Shown here one piece after another: positions 9,187 to 18,734 of a DNA stretch of 64,000 bases. Position 1 is the first letter of the stretch; each line of letters begins with the position of its first letter. This stretch comes from Treponemataceae bacterium (lineage in GTDB: Bacteria > Spirochaetota > Spirochaetia > Treponematales > Rectinemataceae). The stretch covers positions 736,001 to 800,000 of the forward strand of contig CAXXVZ010000003.1 of assembly GCA_963678065.2 (NCBI GenBank), given 5' to 3'. Position numbers and translations under genes: made by a program. The notes under the pieces are model-generated. The model worked only from the letters and a program-made list of their open reading frames with translations. It made no database searches and was not told where the DNA came from.

Positions 9187-9615
9187 TCAGGCTTGTCGGA
9201 GGAATCGACGCTTTTTTACTAGATCGACGAGTCGGACCAGGGCGGCGAAGAAGGCGAGAACGCCGGCGTATCCGGCGACACGGCCGGCAGCTGCGGCGTT
9301 GAAGCCGCCGCGCTCTTTGCCTTCCCAGAGACCATTCCCGGCTGGCGGGCTGCGCGTCACGCCTGCAGCGTCCACGGCCTCCACAGACTTCTCAGTTCCC
9401 TCCGCATCTCGCTCCTGAAGCGTGAACTTCTCCCCGGAGTCCGGGAGCGCTGCGCCCGGCCGCGGTCTTTCCGGGCCTTGGGCCGAGGAGAGGCCGGTCA
9501 CGGCGCCAAAGCCCTGTGCCAGGCTTCCCCAATAACCTGTATAGACGCTGCATCCTAGCCCGATAGCGAGGACGATGGCGAGGATGGCATCTCTGGTTTT
9601 TCCCTTATTCCGCAT
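9187..9615 (-). CDS. Hypothetical membrane protein (two TM helices flanking a low-complexity loop)
   Basis: Hydrophobic N- and C-terminal segments; start overlaps stop of the upstream DUF4405-like gene. Confidence 0.6.
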   Translation of the reverse strand: MRNKGKTRDAILAIVLAIGLGCSVYTGYWGSLAQGFGAVTGLSSAQGPERPRPGAALPDSGEKFTLQERDAEGTEKSVEAVDAAGVTRSPPAGNGLWEGKERGGFNAAAAGRVAGYAGVLAFFAALVRLVDLVKKRRFLRQA

Positions 9616-10072
9616 CGAGGGCCCCCTTTGCATGTGCGGCGGACCTCGCGAAGCGCGCGGCGATCCAGTTCCAGTGCAAGCCGATGTGAAGGCCTGCGAC
9701 AGCCAGGATGAGGAAGGAAGCGAAGCCGTGGAGGACGCGCCAGATGAAGCCCGCGCCGCTCGGGAAAAGCCAGGAGAAATCGATAGTTTTGGCGATGGCC
9801 ATGCCGCTCAGGGTAATTGTCGAGAAACCAAGGAAGAGAAGAAGATCGAGAACATAGTTGAGACGCACCCTCGCAGGCAGAGTCCGGGAAAAGAACTTCG
9901 TCGAGACAGACTTGATCCAACTCCAATTGAGAAGCTTGTGGACGAGGAAAAGTACACAGATGGCGAGCCCTCCCCATTCATGAATGGAGAGGGGACCAAG
10001 CTTGGGCTCGAGCAGGGCCAGAAAGCCGAGGCAGATGGCGGTGTCGAGGACGACTTTGATAGCTGTTTTCAT
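9605..10072 (-). CDS. DUF4405 / cytochrome b-like membrane protein
   Basis: Two TM hairpin units with His pairs (IHEWGGL...LVH..NW; LHGFAS...LHIGLHWNWI); GGAGG RBS. Confidence 0.72.
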   Translation of the reverse strand: MKTAIKVVLDTAICLGFLALLEPKLGPLSIHEWGGLAICVLFLVHKLLNWSWIKSVSTKFFSRTLPARVRLNYVLDLLLFLGFSTITLSGMAIAKTIDFSWLFPSGAGFIWRVLHGFASFLILAVAGLHIGLHWNWIAARFARSAAHAKGALDAE

Positions 10073-10102
10073 AAAACCTCCGAGATGAGGATAAAACTAA
10101 AC

Positions 10103-10119
10103 AGCAGTTTTCGTGCCAA
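10103..10119 (-). promoter_or_regulatory. sigma54 (-24/-12) promoter
   Basis: Minus strand TTGGCACGAAAACTGCT versus consensus YTGGCACGNNNNTTGCW; ~30 bp upstream of the start codon. Confidence 0.68.
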
Positions 10120-10371
10120 AGTCGGAAGTCAATACTAAGTCATTCAGAGGATAGAAATAATAGAATAGTGCTTGGCGATTTCATGTCGCCAGAGAATGAG
10201 AAAATTTTTCCTCCGACGGGAGGCAATTGCTCACATCGTGCGCAGTCAGTATAGGAATTTGGGGTAAAGCGAGAGGACTTGTAGCGGAAGCACGCGACCC
10301 ACGCTGCGAGGGCAGAGGCCCGCGCAGCGTGGATGCGCCCATGCTGGAACGAGGAATCAGACTCTGGGGGA

Positions 10372-11724
10372 TCAGATTCTCTTGTACGATTTGATCTTCT
10401 TCTGGATATACGAGTGCAGATCCGCGCGAGCCACGCGTTCCTGCTCCATCGTGTCGCGGTCGCGCACGGTGACGGTTCCGTCTTCCTTGGACTGATAGTC
10501 TATCGTGACGCAGAACGGGGTTCCGACTTCGTCCTGTCGGCGGTAGCGCCGTCCGATCGCTCCTGCCTGGTCATAATCGGTGGCGTAGTCTTCCTTGAGC
10601 TCCTGCCTGATCTCCTTCGCGAGTTCGGCGAGTCCGTCCTTCTTCATGAGGGGCAGGACAGCCACCGTGACGGGTGCAAGATTCGGGTGGAAGTGCAGGA
10701 CAGTGCGCCAGTCGTCGTCGGTGCCCTTGTCCGCAACTTTCTGGTCCTCGTAGGCGTCGCAGAGGACCATGAGGAGCTGACGGGTGAGGCCGGCCGAAGT
10801 CTCGATGATGTAGGGGATGTATCGCTCGTTGCCATTTTCCTGATCGATGTACTTGAGGTCCTTGCCCGAGTATTCCTGGTGGCGTCCCAGGTCGAAGTCG
10901 GTGCGGTTGTGCACGCCCTCGAGCTCCTTGAAGCCCATCGGGAACTCGTACTCGATGTCGTAGGCGTCTTTGGCGTAGTGGGCTAGCTCTCCCGGTCCGT
11001 GCTGGTGCCACCGGAGCTTGTCCATATGGACTCCGAGCTTGGCGTAATAGGCCCAGCGCTGGGCGCGCCAGTAGTCGAAGAATTTCTCGTCGTCGCCCGG
11101 CTTCACGAAGTACTGCATCTCCATCTGCTCGAACTCGCAGGTGCGGAAGATGAAGTTTTTGGTGACGATCTCGTTGCGGAAGGCCTTGCCGATCTGGGCG
11201 ATGCCGAAGGGGATCTTCATGCGGTTGGACTGGACGATGTTCTTGTAGTTGACGTAGATGCCCTGGGCGGTTTCGGGGCGGAGGTAGATGAGTCCGGAGC
11301 CGTCGTCGACGGGGCCGATGTTCGTCTTGAACATGAGGTTGAACTTGCGGGTGTCGGTCAGCTCGCCGCCGCACTCGGGGCACTCTTTTTTCGCGAGCTT
11401 GTCCTCGGGAATCAGGTCGGCGCGGAAGCGCTGCTTGCACTTCTTGCAGTCGACGAGGGGGTCGGTGAAGTTTTCGACGTGGCCGGAGGCCTCCCATGTG
11501 CGCGGGTGCATAAGGATAGCCGCGTCCAGGCCGACGATGTCGTCGTGGAGCTGGGTCATCTCCTTCCACCAGAAACGGGCTATCCGGTTTTTCAGTTCGA
11601 CGCCCATGGGGCCGTAGTCCCAGGCGCCCGCCTGTCCTCCGTAGATCTCGGAAGACTGGAAGACGAAGCCACGCCTCTTGGCCAGAGATACGATTTTTTC
11701 CATTGTGACGGTGGTGTCGGGCAT
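10372..11724 (-). CDS. glyQS: Glycine--tRNA ligase, alpha2 (homodimeric) type
   Basis: KRRGFVFQSSEIYGG, LRPETAQGI, GKAFRNEI..NFIFRTCEFEQME, IGRRYRRQDEVGTP. Confidence 0.97.
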   Translation of the reverse strand: MPDTTVTMEKIVSLAKRRGFVFQSSEIYGGQAGAWDYGPMGVELKNRIARFWWKEMTQLHDDIVGLDAAILMHPRTWEASGHVENFTDPLVDCKKCKQRFRADLIPEDKLAKKECPECGGELTDTRKFNLMFKTNIGPVDDGSGLIYLRPETAQGIYVNYKNIVQSNRMKIPFGIAQIGKAFRNEIVTKNFIFRTCEFEQMEMQYFVKPGDDEKFFDYWRAQRWAYYAKLGVHMDKLRWHQHGPGELAHYAKDAYDIEYEFPMGFKELEGVHNRTDFDLGRHQEYSGKDLKYIDQENGNERYIPYIIETSAGLTRQLLMVLCDAYEDQKVADKGTDDDWRTVLHFHPNLAPVTVAVLPLMKKDGLAELAKEIRQELKEDYATDYDQAGAIGRRYRRQDEVGTPFCVTIDYQSKEDGTVTVRDRDTMEQERVARADLHSYIQKKIKSYKRI

Positions 11725-11739
11725 CCGACGCTCCTTGTG

Positions 11740-11884
11740 TGCGGACCCTGATTTCGCCCCGCCGACGGTTACGGCAGCGCGCCGGATGGAGGCATGGCCC
11801 CCCTTCCGGTCCGTAAGGTCCGGGAGCGCCTCTCCGGTACAGTCAGACTCTGTCGCTCGAGCGTCGGAATCCGGCCGGTCCGCA
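11740..11884. ncRNA. Putative rod-like structured RNA/element in glyQS upstream region (identity unknown)
   Basis: Nested complementary segments TGCGGACC/GGTCCGCA, CCGACG/CGTCGG, CCGGA/TCCGG, GAGGC/GCCTC, CTTCCGG/CCGGGAG around a GTAA apical loop. Confidence 0.4.
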
Positions 11885-11912
11885 GATTATAGGATGCTCA
11901 CGGCGTATGATT

Positions 11913-12293
11913 CTAGTCTTCCTGGAGACTCCCCTCAGGGCTGGCCGGCCCCGCACCCTCGCCGGCATCTGATGCGGCCCACTTGTGCGCCCAGGCCGTA
12001 ATGCCTTCCAGGACGGAGGCCAAGTCCCTTCCCTTCTCGGTGAGGGAATACCTCACATGTACAGGCATGCCGGTGCTTACTGTCCTGCCAATAATCCCGA
12101 CATCCTCGAATTCCTTCAAGCGCACGGTGAGCATCCGTGCGCTGAGGCTTGGAACCTCTCGGACGAGATCGGAGAACTGTCTGTCTCCCACGAGGAGGAT
12201 CTTTATGATCATGCCAGCCCACTTCCTGCCGAGGAGTTCGAAAGCAGCCGTGACCGTGGGACAGAGTCCTGTCTCTACCTTTTTGTTTTCCAT
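11913..12293 (-). CDS. HxlR (DUF24) family winged-helix regulator
   Basis: CPTVTAAFELLGRKW, SARMLTVRLKEFE, VRYSLTEKG. Confidence 0.92.
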   Translation of the reverse strand: MENKKVETGLCPTVTAAFELLGRKWAGMIIKILLVGDRQFSDLVREVPSLSARMLTVRLKEFEDVGIIGRTVSTGMPVHVRYSLTEKGRDLASVLEGITAWAHKWAASDAGEGAGPASPEGSLQED

Positions 12294-12314
12294 ATACCTA
12301 AAATACCGTTTTTC

Positions 12315-12355
12315 TTGACTTTCTGCAATATCGTAACTAACTTACTATTAGTAAC
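12315..12355. promoter_or_regulatory. Divergent promoter with overlapping palindromes (probable HxlR operator)
   Basis: TTGACT -35; GTAA-N5-TTAC overlapping TTACTA-T-TAGTAA in an AT-rich intergenic region. Confidence 0.6.
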
Positions 12356-12374
12356 AATCAATAAGGAGTCTTTT

Positions 12375-12998
12375 ATGAGCGAATTCAACAGGAAAGCATC
12401 GGAAGAGAAGATCGAATCAGCGGTAAAAGCGCTCGAGGGGAATGGTTTTGTAGCATTGGTGGCGGAGAACGGGGACAAAGCACGAGAGCTGGTCCTTTCC
12501 CTTGTACCCCAAGGTTCTGAAGTGTTCACAGCCTCTTCTGTGACAGTCGATTCCATCGGCCTGTCAGCAGCATTCAACGAGTCGGGAAAGTATGATGCGG
12601 TGAAACCCAAACTCTTCTCCATGGACCAGAAAACCCAAGGACGGGAAATGCGCAAGCTCGGCGCCGCCCCCGATGTGATTGTCGGCTCTGTCCACGCCCT
12701 CACGGAGACAGGAACCCTCGCCATCGCGAGTCTTACGGGCAGCCAGTTGCCCGCCTATGCCTATGGATCGGCCAAGGTAATCTATGTCGTGGGCGCGCAA
12801 AAGATAGTTCCAACCCTGGAAGAAGCTCTGAAGCGCATCGACGAACATGTCGTTCCCCTCGAGAGCGAGAGGGCGCGCAAAGCCTACGGCCTTCCTGAAG
12901 GGTTCAAATCGTTTCCTTCCAAGATCCTCGTGTTCAACCGCGAGATTCAGCCCGGCAGGGTCACCGTCGTCATCGTAAAAGAGTCGCTCGGATTCTGA
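12375..12998 (+). CDS. LUD domain (lactate utilisation LutC/YkgG-like) protein
   Basis: VGSVHALTETGTLAIASLTGSQL...KVIYVVGAQKIVPTLEEALKRI...LGF; AAGGAG RBS. Confidence 0.85.
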   Translation: MSEFNRKASEEKIESAVKALEGNGFVALVAENGDKARELVLSLVPQGSEVFTASSVTVDSIGLSAAFNESGKYDAVKPKLFSMDQKTQGREMRKLGAAPDVIVGSVHALTETGTLAIASLTGSQLPAYAYGSAKVIYVVGAQKIVPTLEEALKRIDEHVVPLESERARKAYGLPEGFKSFPSKILVFNREIQPGRVTVVIVKESLGF

Positions 12999-13077
12999 CG
13001 ATCACCAACTCTGCAGTTCGCTGCGGGGAATGAGACCCGCCTCCGGATCAATTCCGGGCTGCAGCCCGTCCTGCCCC

Positions 13078-13143
13078 AGGTCAGGAACAAAAAAAGGCCC
13101 GGAGGACCACAGCGTCTTCCGGGCCTTTTTTTGTTCCTGACCT
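13078..13143. terminator. Bidirectional intrinsic terminator with ~30-bp arms
   Basis: AGGTCAGGAACAAAAAAAGGCCCGGAGGAC / GTCTTCCGGGCCTTTTTTTGTTCCTGACCT between convergent genes. Confidence 0.85.
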
Positions 13144-13212
13144 TGCTTTCAACAAACTCTCTGCAATCGCTTCCGCTTCGGGGGCCGTGGCGATTCTCTC
13201 GCGATAAGCGGC

Positions 13213-14955
13213 TCAGCTTCCCTTCCTCTCGATCTTCGCCCATGTGTCGCGCAGCGATACGGATCGGTTGAAGACAGGCTTCCCCGCGGCGCTGTCCGGA
13301 TCGGCGACAAAATACCCAAGGCGCTCGAACTGGTATTGCCGCCCCGCAGCGGTCAAAGCGAGGCTCGGCTCGCCGAAGGCTGTGGTCACGACCTCTCGCG
13401 AAGCGGGGTTTATCGTGTCGACCCAGTCGATTCCGGCCGCAACCTCCATCGGGCGCTCCGCCGTGAAGAGGTGATCGTAGAGCCTCACTTCGATCGGGGC
13501 CGCGTGCGCAGCGGAAACCCAGTGTATGGTGCCTTTGATTTTGCGGTTGTCGGGCGCGTTGCCGCCTTTCGTCGAAGGATCGTAGCTGCACCTGACGCAG
13601 ACGACTCTGCCCGTGGCGGGATCCTTGTCGAAGCCTGTGCAGGTGACGATGTAGCCGTAGCGCAGCCGGACCGAGGAGCCCGGAAAGAGCCTGAAGTACT
13701 TGGGCGGCGGCACTTCCTGAAAATCGGCCCGCTCGATGTAAAGTCGTCCGGCGAAGGGTACGGTGCGCATACCCGCGGCGGGATCCTCGGGATTGTTGAC
13801 CGCTTCCAGATATTCCACCTGTCCTTCGGGCCAGTTCTCGATGACGAGCTCGAGGGGATCGACGACAGCCATGACGCGGTTCGCCTTCTTGTTCAGGTCT
13901 TCGCGCAGACAGTGCTCGAGGAGCTGGATATCGACGAGGCTGTCCGTCTTGGCGAGTCCTATCCGGGATAGGAAATCCCTGATCGCCGCGGGCGTGTAGC
14001 CGCGACGGCGAAGCCCTGAGAGCGTGGGCATGCGGGGGTCGTCCCAGCCCGCGACGCGTCCCTCCTGTACGAGGCGGAGGAGCCACCGCTTGGACAGAAC
14101 CGTGTGCGACAGGTTGAGGCGGGCGAACTCGATCTGCCTCGAGGGGAAGACGCCGGCCTTCCGGATGAACCACTCGTAGAGAGGGCGGTGAATCTCGTAT
14201 TCGAGGGAGCACAGGGAGTGGGTCACTCCCTCGATCGCGTCCGAAAGGGGATGCTGAAAGTCGTACATCGGGTAGATGCACCATGTGTTCCCTGTCCGGT
14301 AATGGGGCTCGCGCCTGATCCGGTACATGACGGGATCGCGCATGAGGAGATTTGGGTGGGCCATGTCGATTTTCGCGCGCAGGGTCTTTGCGCCGTCCGC
14401 GAACTCCCCCGATCTCATCCCTGCGAAAAGATTCAGATTCTCTTCGATACTGCGCTCGCGCCAAGGGCTGTTCCGTCCGGGAGGCGTGAATGTGATGTTG
14501 TTCTTGTCGGGGACATTGGTACCGCGGTACTCGCGGATGGCCTCGTCGTCGAGGTCATCCACGTAGGCGTCCCCCTGCTTTATGAGCTGGACCGCGAGTC
14601 CATACAGGGTCTCATAGTAGTCCGAGGCGTAGAACTCCCGGTCCTCCCAGTCGTATCCGAGCCACTTTATGTCGCGCTTGATGGCCTCGACATAGGACAT
14701 GTCTTCCTTCTCGGGGTTCGTGTCATCGAAGCGCAGGTTGCACTTCCCGCCGAAATCGGCGGCCACATCGAAGTCGATGCTGAAGGCCTTCGTGTGTCCG
14801 ATGTGGAGCCAGCCGTTCGGCTCCGGGGGAAAGCGCGTCCGCACTTCGGAATACCGGCCGCTCTTGAGATCCTCGACGACTGCTTCGCGGATGAAATCGG
14901 TGCCGGGGCCGTTTTTTGCTTCGCCAGAACCAGGAACCGCGGGGGAATCGCTCAC
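13213..14955 (-). CDS. glnS: Glutamine--tRNA ligase
   Basis: [57 protein letters not shown] start with AAGGAG RBS. Confidence 0.96.
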   Translation of the reverse strand: MSDSPAVPGSGEAKNGPGTDFIREAVVEDLKSGRYSEVRTRFPPEPNGWLHIGHTKAFSIDFDVAADFGGKCNLRFDDTNPEKEDMSYVEAIKRDIKWLGYDWEDREFYASDYYETLYGLAVQLIKQGDAYVDDLDDEAIREYRGTNVPDKNNITFTPPGRNSPWRERSIEENLNLFAGMRSGEFADGAKTLRAKIDMAHPNLLMRDPVMYRIRREPHYRTGNTWCIYPMYDFQHPLSDAIEGVTHSLCSLEYEIHRPLYEWFIRKAGVFPSRQIEFARLNLSHTVLSKRWLLRLVQEGRVAGWDDPRMPTLSGLRRRGYTPAAIRDFLSRIGLAKTDSLVDIQLLEHCLREDLNKKANRVMAVVDPLELVIENWPEGQVEYLEAVNNPEDPAAGMRTVPFAGRLYIERADFQEVPPPKYFRLFPGSSVRLRYGYIVTCTGFDKDPATGRVVCVRCSYDPSTKGGNAPDNRKIKGTIHWVSAAHAAPIEVRLYDHLFTAERPMEVAAGIDWVDTINPASREVVTTAFGEPSLALTAAGRQYQFERLGYFVADPDSAAGKPVFNRSVSLRDTWAKIERKGS

Positions 14956-15148
14956 TTTGTGCTCCTTTCCGCGCTTCAGGGGCGCGGTGTGAATACTATG
15001 GATGGAAGAGCCCCGAAGGGTCAAGCCGAGGGGGAGTCCGGAAAGCGCGCCACCGCGGCGGCTTCATAAAAACCACGTTTCTCTGTTCCGAGACTTGTTC
15101 GCGCAACTCAGGAGTCATATAGTAGTAAATAAACTATATGGAGGAATC

Positions 15149-16153
15149 GTGAACAAAACGAAAATCCTGATTCTCTCGCTCGCTTTGGCTCTCGTCGCTG
15201 CGGCATCCACATTCCCCTGCTCGATGGTCGTCGTGGGGAACTGCGACGAAGTCGTGACCGGCAGAACGATGGACTTCTTCATCGATATGCAGACGAAGAT
15301 ATCCCTCATCCCGGCTGGAACTTCCTTCGGCTCCGGCAGCACGAAGTACAATTTCCTCTCCTTCAACGCCTTCGGCTTTCCGCTTCCCGGGCATGGAATC
15401 AACGAGAAAGGCCTGTCGGTTTCGTATCTCTGGCTCAACCCGACATCCTATCCACAGAGTCTCGTGCCGGGAATCAACTATGTCTCCATTCTCCAATTCG
15501 CGCCCCTCGTTCTCGGCACCATGTCCAGCGTCGACGAGGTCGAGGCTTTTTTCAGGACATCCGATATCGATTTCGTCAATGTGGCGCCCGAGCTCAAGAA
15601 ACTCGATCTTCTCCACCAGCATCTCTACTTCGTCGACTCGAAGGGACACACCCTCATCGTGGAGTGGCTTGAGGGGAAACGCTACATGTACCGCGACGAG
15701 AGTCCTGTTCTCGTCAACGATCCGCCCTTCGCCGAGCAGAAAAAGATCTGGGCGAAGCAGCTCGAAACGAAATCATACATCCTGAACTATGAGTACAACC
15801 TCATCGGCGCCCAGATGCACGACGCGGATTCGCGCTACGAAATGCTCATGCGGATGACCGAGCAGAGTCTGCCGACGAAGGGTTTCGACAACATCACGAA
15901 GGCCTTCCAACTGATGAAGAGAGTAAATTACTACAGGATAAAACCGTATCTGAACGATGGCCCCGCGAGCTGGACGCTGTACACTGCGGTATTCGTCCAC
16001 ACCGCCGACGCGGTGAAGGTTTACTGGACCGATGACCTCAACGACGCGGTCCGCTGCATCGACTTCAACAAGGTTGCGTGGAGAGATGTTTCCTTCCCGA
16101 TCGAAGCCGGTCCCGGCGCCACCGACATGTCCGCAGCCGTGGCCGCATACTGA
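15149..16153 (+). CDS. Secreted Ntn hydrolase, choloylglycine hydrolase/penicillin V acylase family
   Basis: Signal peptide then C-S-M (nucleophile Cys), GRTMDF, GINEKGL, HLYFVD..G..LIVEW, LVNDPPF, WTLYT. Confidence 0.82.
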   Translation: MNKTKILILSLALALVAAASTFPCSMVVVGNCDEVVTGRTMDFFIDMQTKISLIPAGTSFGSGSTKYNFLSFNAFGFPLPGHGINEKGLSVSYLWLNPTSYPQSLVPGINYVSILQFAPLVLGTMSSVDEVEAFFRTSDIDFVNVAPELKKLDLLHQHLYFVDSKGHTLIVEWLEGKRYMYRDESPVLVNDPPFAEQKKIWAKQLETKSYILNYEYNLIGAQMHDADSRYEMLMRMTEQSLPTKGFDNITKAFQLMKRVNYYRIKPYLNDGPASWTLYTAVFVHTADAVKVYWTDDLNDAVRCIDFNKVAWRDVSFPIEAGPGATDMSAAVAAY

Positions 16154-16219
16154 TTCCCCTTCGGCGACGCTGCTGCGCTCTTTTTATAGAAGACACCGGG
16201 TATGAAACCCGCCTGCGAA

Positions 16220-17686
16220 TCAGGAAAGGAAAGCGCGGGCCACCTCGATGCGGGAGAGTACTTCGGCCAGGCCTATGAGGCGGATGGACTCATAGAGCGG
16301 CGGACTGACACGGGAACCCGTGACCGCGACACGGAGCGGCATCAGGAGGTCGCCCAGCTTTACGCTGCGCTGCGCGGCCTCGGCCCTGAAGGCGGCTTCC
16401 CAGGCATCGTGGCTCGACATATCGCAGTCGGCAAGGAGCGCTGCGTCGTACTCGAGCATGCGGAGAGCCGCGGCCTGGTCCATCTTTTTGGGAATGAACT
16501 CCGTGGCGGGGGCCATCGGCGCAGGGGCAAAGAGATAGGCCATCACGGCGGGCGCGTCCGCGAGGAAGTGGAGACGCTCCTTCACGATGGGCATGGCCGC
16601 GACTACGAGGGCCCTCTTCTCTGCGGGAGCGTCCAGGGGGAGAACGCCGGCGTTGGCGAGGAAGGGCGCGACGAGCAGGGCGAGTTCGGCGTCGGATTTC
16701 TGCCTGATATACTGGCCGTTGTACCACTCGAGCTTCTGATAGTCGAAGACGGCAGGCGCCTTGTTTATGTGGCCGACCGAGAAGAGCTTTCCGAACTCCT
16801 CCAGGGTGAAGATGTCTCTGCCGTCCTCGTAGCTGCAGCCGAGGTGGGCCACATAGTTGATGAGGGCCTCGGGCAGATAACCCGCCTTGCGGAACTCGTT
16901 CACACTCGTGGCGCCATGACGCTTGGAGAGCTTGTGCCCGTCCTGGCCGAGGACCATGGGCAAGTGACAGAGGACCGGCATCTCCCAGCCGAAGGCATCG
17001 TACATAATCTTGTGCATGGGGGCGGAGGGTATCCACTCCTGGGCTCGCAGGACGTGGGTGATCTTCATGAAGTGGTCGTCGACGACATTGGCGAGGTGGT
17101 AGGTCGGGAAGCCGTCTGACTTGAGGAGGACAGGATCGGGGCTCACGTCCTCGTTTTTCCACTCGATCCGTCCGAGAAGACCGTCCTCGAAGACGGTCGT
17201 CCCCTCGAGAGGAATCTTGAGCCTGATGACGTGCGGCTCGCCCGACGCCAGTTTCGCCGCGATCTCCTCCGCGCTCAGAGCCCGGCAGTGCCTGTCGTAG
17301 CCCTGTTCGCCCGACTTGGACTCGGTCTGCTCGCTGCGCACGCGGGACAGCCTCTCCTCGTCGCAGAAACAGTAGTAGGCCTTGTCCAGGGCGATAAGTT
17401 TTTCCGCGTGCACGCGGTAGAGATCGAATCGCTCCGACTGGATGTAGGGGCCAGCCGGTCCCCCGACGTCGGGCCCCTCTTCCCAGTAGAAGCCGAGCCA
17501 CTTGAAGGTATCGTAGAGATTTTTTACGTATTCGTCAGAATATCTGGTCCTGTCGGTATCCTCGAGTCTGAGGATGAAGGTTCCATTGTTGGCCTTGGCA
17601 AAGAGATAGTTGAAGAGGGCCGTTCTCACTCCACCGATATGCTGGTTTCCGGTGGGCGAAGGCGCGTAGCGGACGCGTACATCCAT
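16220..17686 (-). CDS. gltX: Glutamate--tRNA ligase
   Basis: RVRYAPSPTGNQHIGG, LRLEDTD, KLSKRHG. Confidence 0.97.
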   Translation of the reverse strand: MDVRVRYAPSPTGNQHIGGVRTALFNYLFAKANNGTFILRLEDTDRTRYSDEYVKNLYDTFKWLGFYWEEGPDVGGPAGPYIQSERFDLYRVHAEKLIALDKAYYCFCDEERLSRVRSEQTESKSGEQGYDRHCRALSAEEIAAKLASGEPHVIRLKIPLEGTTVFEDGLLGRIEWKNEDVSPDPVLLKSDGFPTYHLANVVDDHFMKITHVLRAQEWIPSAPMHKIMYDAFGWEMPVLCHLPMVLGQDGHKLSKRHGATSVNEFRKAGYLPEALINYVAHLGCSYEDGRDIFTLEEFGKLFSVGHINKAPAVFDYQKLEWYNGQYIRQKSDAELALLVAPFLANAGVLPLDAPAEKRALVVAAMPIVKERLHFLADAPAVMAYLFAPAPMAPATEFIPKKMDQAAALRMLEYDAALLADCDMSSHDAWEAAFRAEAAQRSVKLGDLLMPLRVAVTGSRVSPPLYESIRLIGLAEVLSRIEVARAFLS

Positions 17687-17754
17687 GGCCGGCTCCTTGT
17701 TTTTTGGGTATCCGACGGACAGATCGAAGCTTTCCGAAGGGATCGCGGTGAATA

Positions 17755-17784
17755 ATTATAGCGACGGCCATGAGAAGGGGTCAA
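17755..17784 (-). promoter_or_regulatory. sigma70-type promoter for gltX
   Basis: Minus strand TTGACC-18 bp-TATAAT. Confidence 0.7.
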
Positions 17785-17818
17785 GGCGACAGGAAAAGCT
17801 TCTCGGGGCCCATGCAGC

Positions 17819-18175
17819 TCAGTGCAGTCCTGCGGCAAAGGTCCTTATGAGCGCCGAGAGGAAGAGACAGGATCCTCCGAAGACCATGTAGACGGGCCAG
17901 ATGAACCAGGAGAAAGGCCGTATCCTGATATGTACGGCGAGGGAAGTGACGATTCTCGCGAGAAGGTTCACGGCAGCAGAGGCGGTGAGGATGGCCGAAG
18001 AGAAGGCCATCAGTCTGATATCGAAGGCGAGAAGGGATTCGGAGACAGGGGAAAAGCTCCCCGCGATCCAAAGCCCCAGAAGAACGAGATTGAGAAAGAA
18101 AAAAACCGTAGTGCCCCACCCGGCGAAGAGAAGGCTCCGGGCGAAGTGGGTTTCGTGATCGAACTCCTTTTCCAT
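17819..18175 (-). CDS. Hypothetical membrane protein (3 TM)
   Basis: Three hydrophobic segments; GGAG RBS; fills the gap between gltX promoter and HIT gene. Confidence 0.6.
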   Translation of the reverse strand: MEKEFDHETHFARSLLFAGWGTTVFFFLNLVLLGLWIAGSFSPVSESLLAFDIRLMAFSSAILTASAAVNLLARIVTSLAVHIRIRPFSWFIWPVYMVFGGSCLFLSALIRTFAAGLH

Positions 18176-18233
18176 CTGGCGCGCACTCCGACGATACGGT
18201 AGCATGAACCGGCATCGAGCGACAGGAGGATGC

Positions 18234-18734
18234 GTGGATTATTTTTTCAATTTCGACAAACTCGGATACCTGAAAGGCAAAAAACCGGAAGGCTGCATCC
18301 TCTGCATGGTTGCCGCGGGATCGGAGGACGTGGACAAGCTCGTCGTGTACGAGTCCGGACGCTTCATCGTGTCCCTCAACCTCTACCCCTACAACCCGGG
18401 ACATCTCATCGTATTTCCTATCCGCCATGTCCTCGACATCCGCGGACTCGATCCCGATGAGCGCAGGGAATTCGACGCGGTGTCGGATGCCTGCCTCAAT
18501 GTTCTCGACAAGGTCCACGGTCCGGCGGGCTACAACATCGGCTTCAACATGGGCCTCGTGGCCGGGGCGAGCATCGACCACCTCCATCTTCACATCATTC
18601 CCCGCTACCACAGGGAAATAGGAATCGCCGAGCTCCTGGCTGGCAAGCGCGTTCTCGTGCAGGATCCGAGGGAAACTCAGATACTGCTGAAGGCCGCCTT
18701 TGGCCTTCAGTATCCGGAGGGTGTCAGGTTCTGA
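18234..18734 (+). CDS. HIT family hydrolase (Ap4A phosphorylase/Fhit-like)
   Basis: CILC, NLYPYNPGHL, GYNIGFNMG..AGASIDHLHLHIIPR; AGGAGG RBS before GTG. Confidence 0.92.
   Translation: MDYFFNFDKLGYLKGKKPEGCILCMVAAGSEDVDKLVVYESGRFIVSLNLYPYNPGHLIVFPIRHVLDIRGLDPDERREFDAVSDACLNVLDKVHGPAGYNIGFNMGLVAGASIDHLHLHIIPRYHREIGIAELLAGKRVLVQDPRETQILLKAAFGLQYPEGVRF

Noticed and set aside
11740..11884. Glycine riboswitch, T-box or SRP RNA in the glyQS leader
   Set aside because: Only scattered fragments (GGAGAG, GAAGG, TCAGG) without the expected P1 pairing; no T-box GGTGGNACCGCG; no SRP AGCAG loop.
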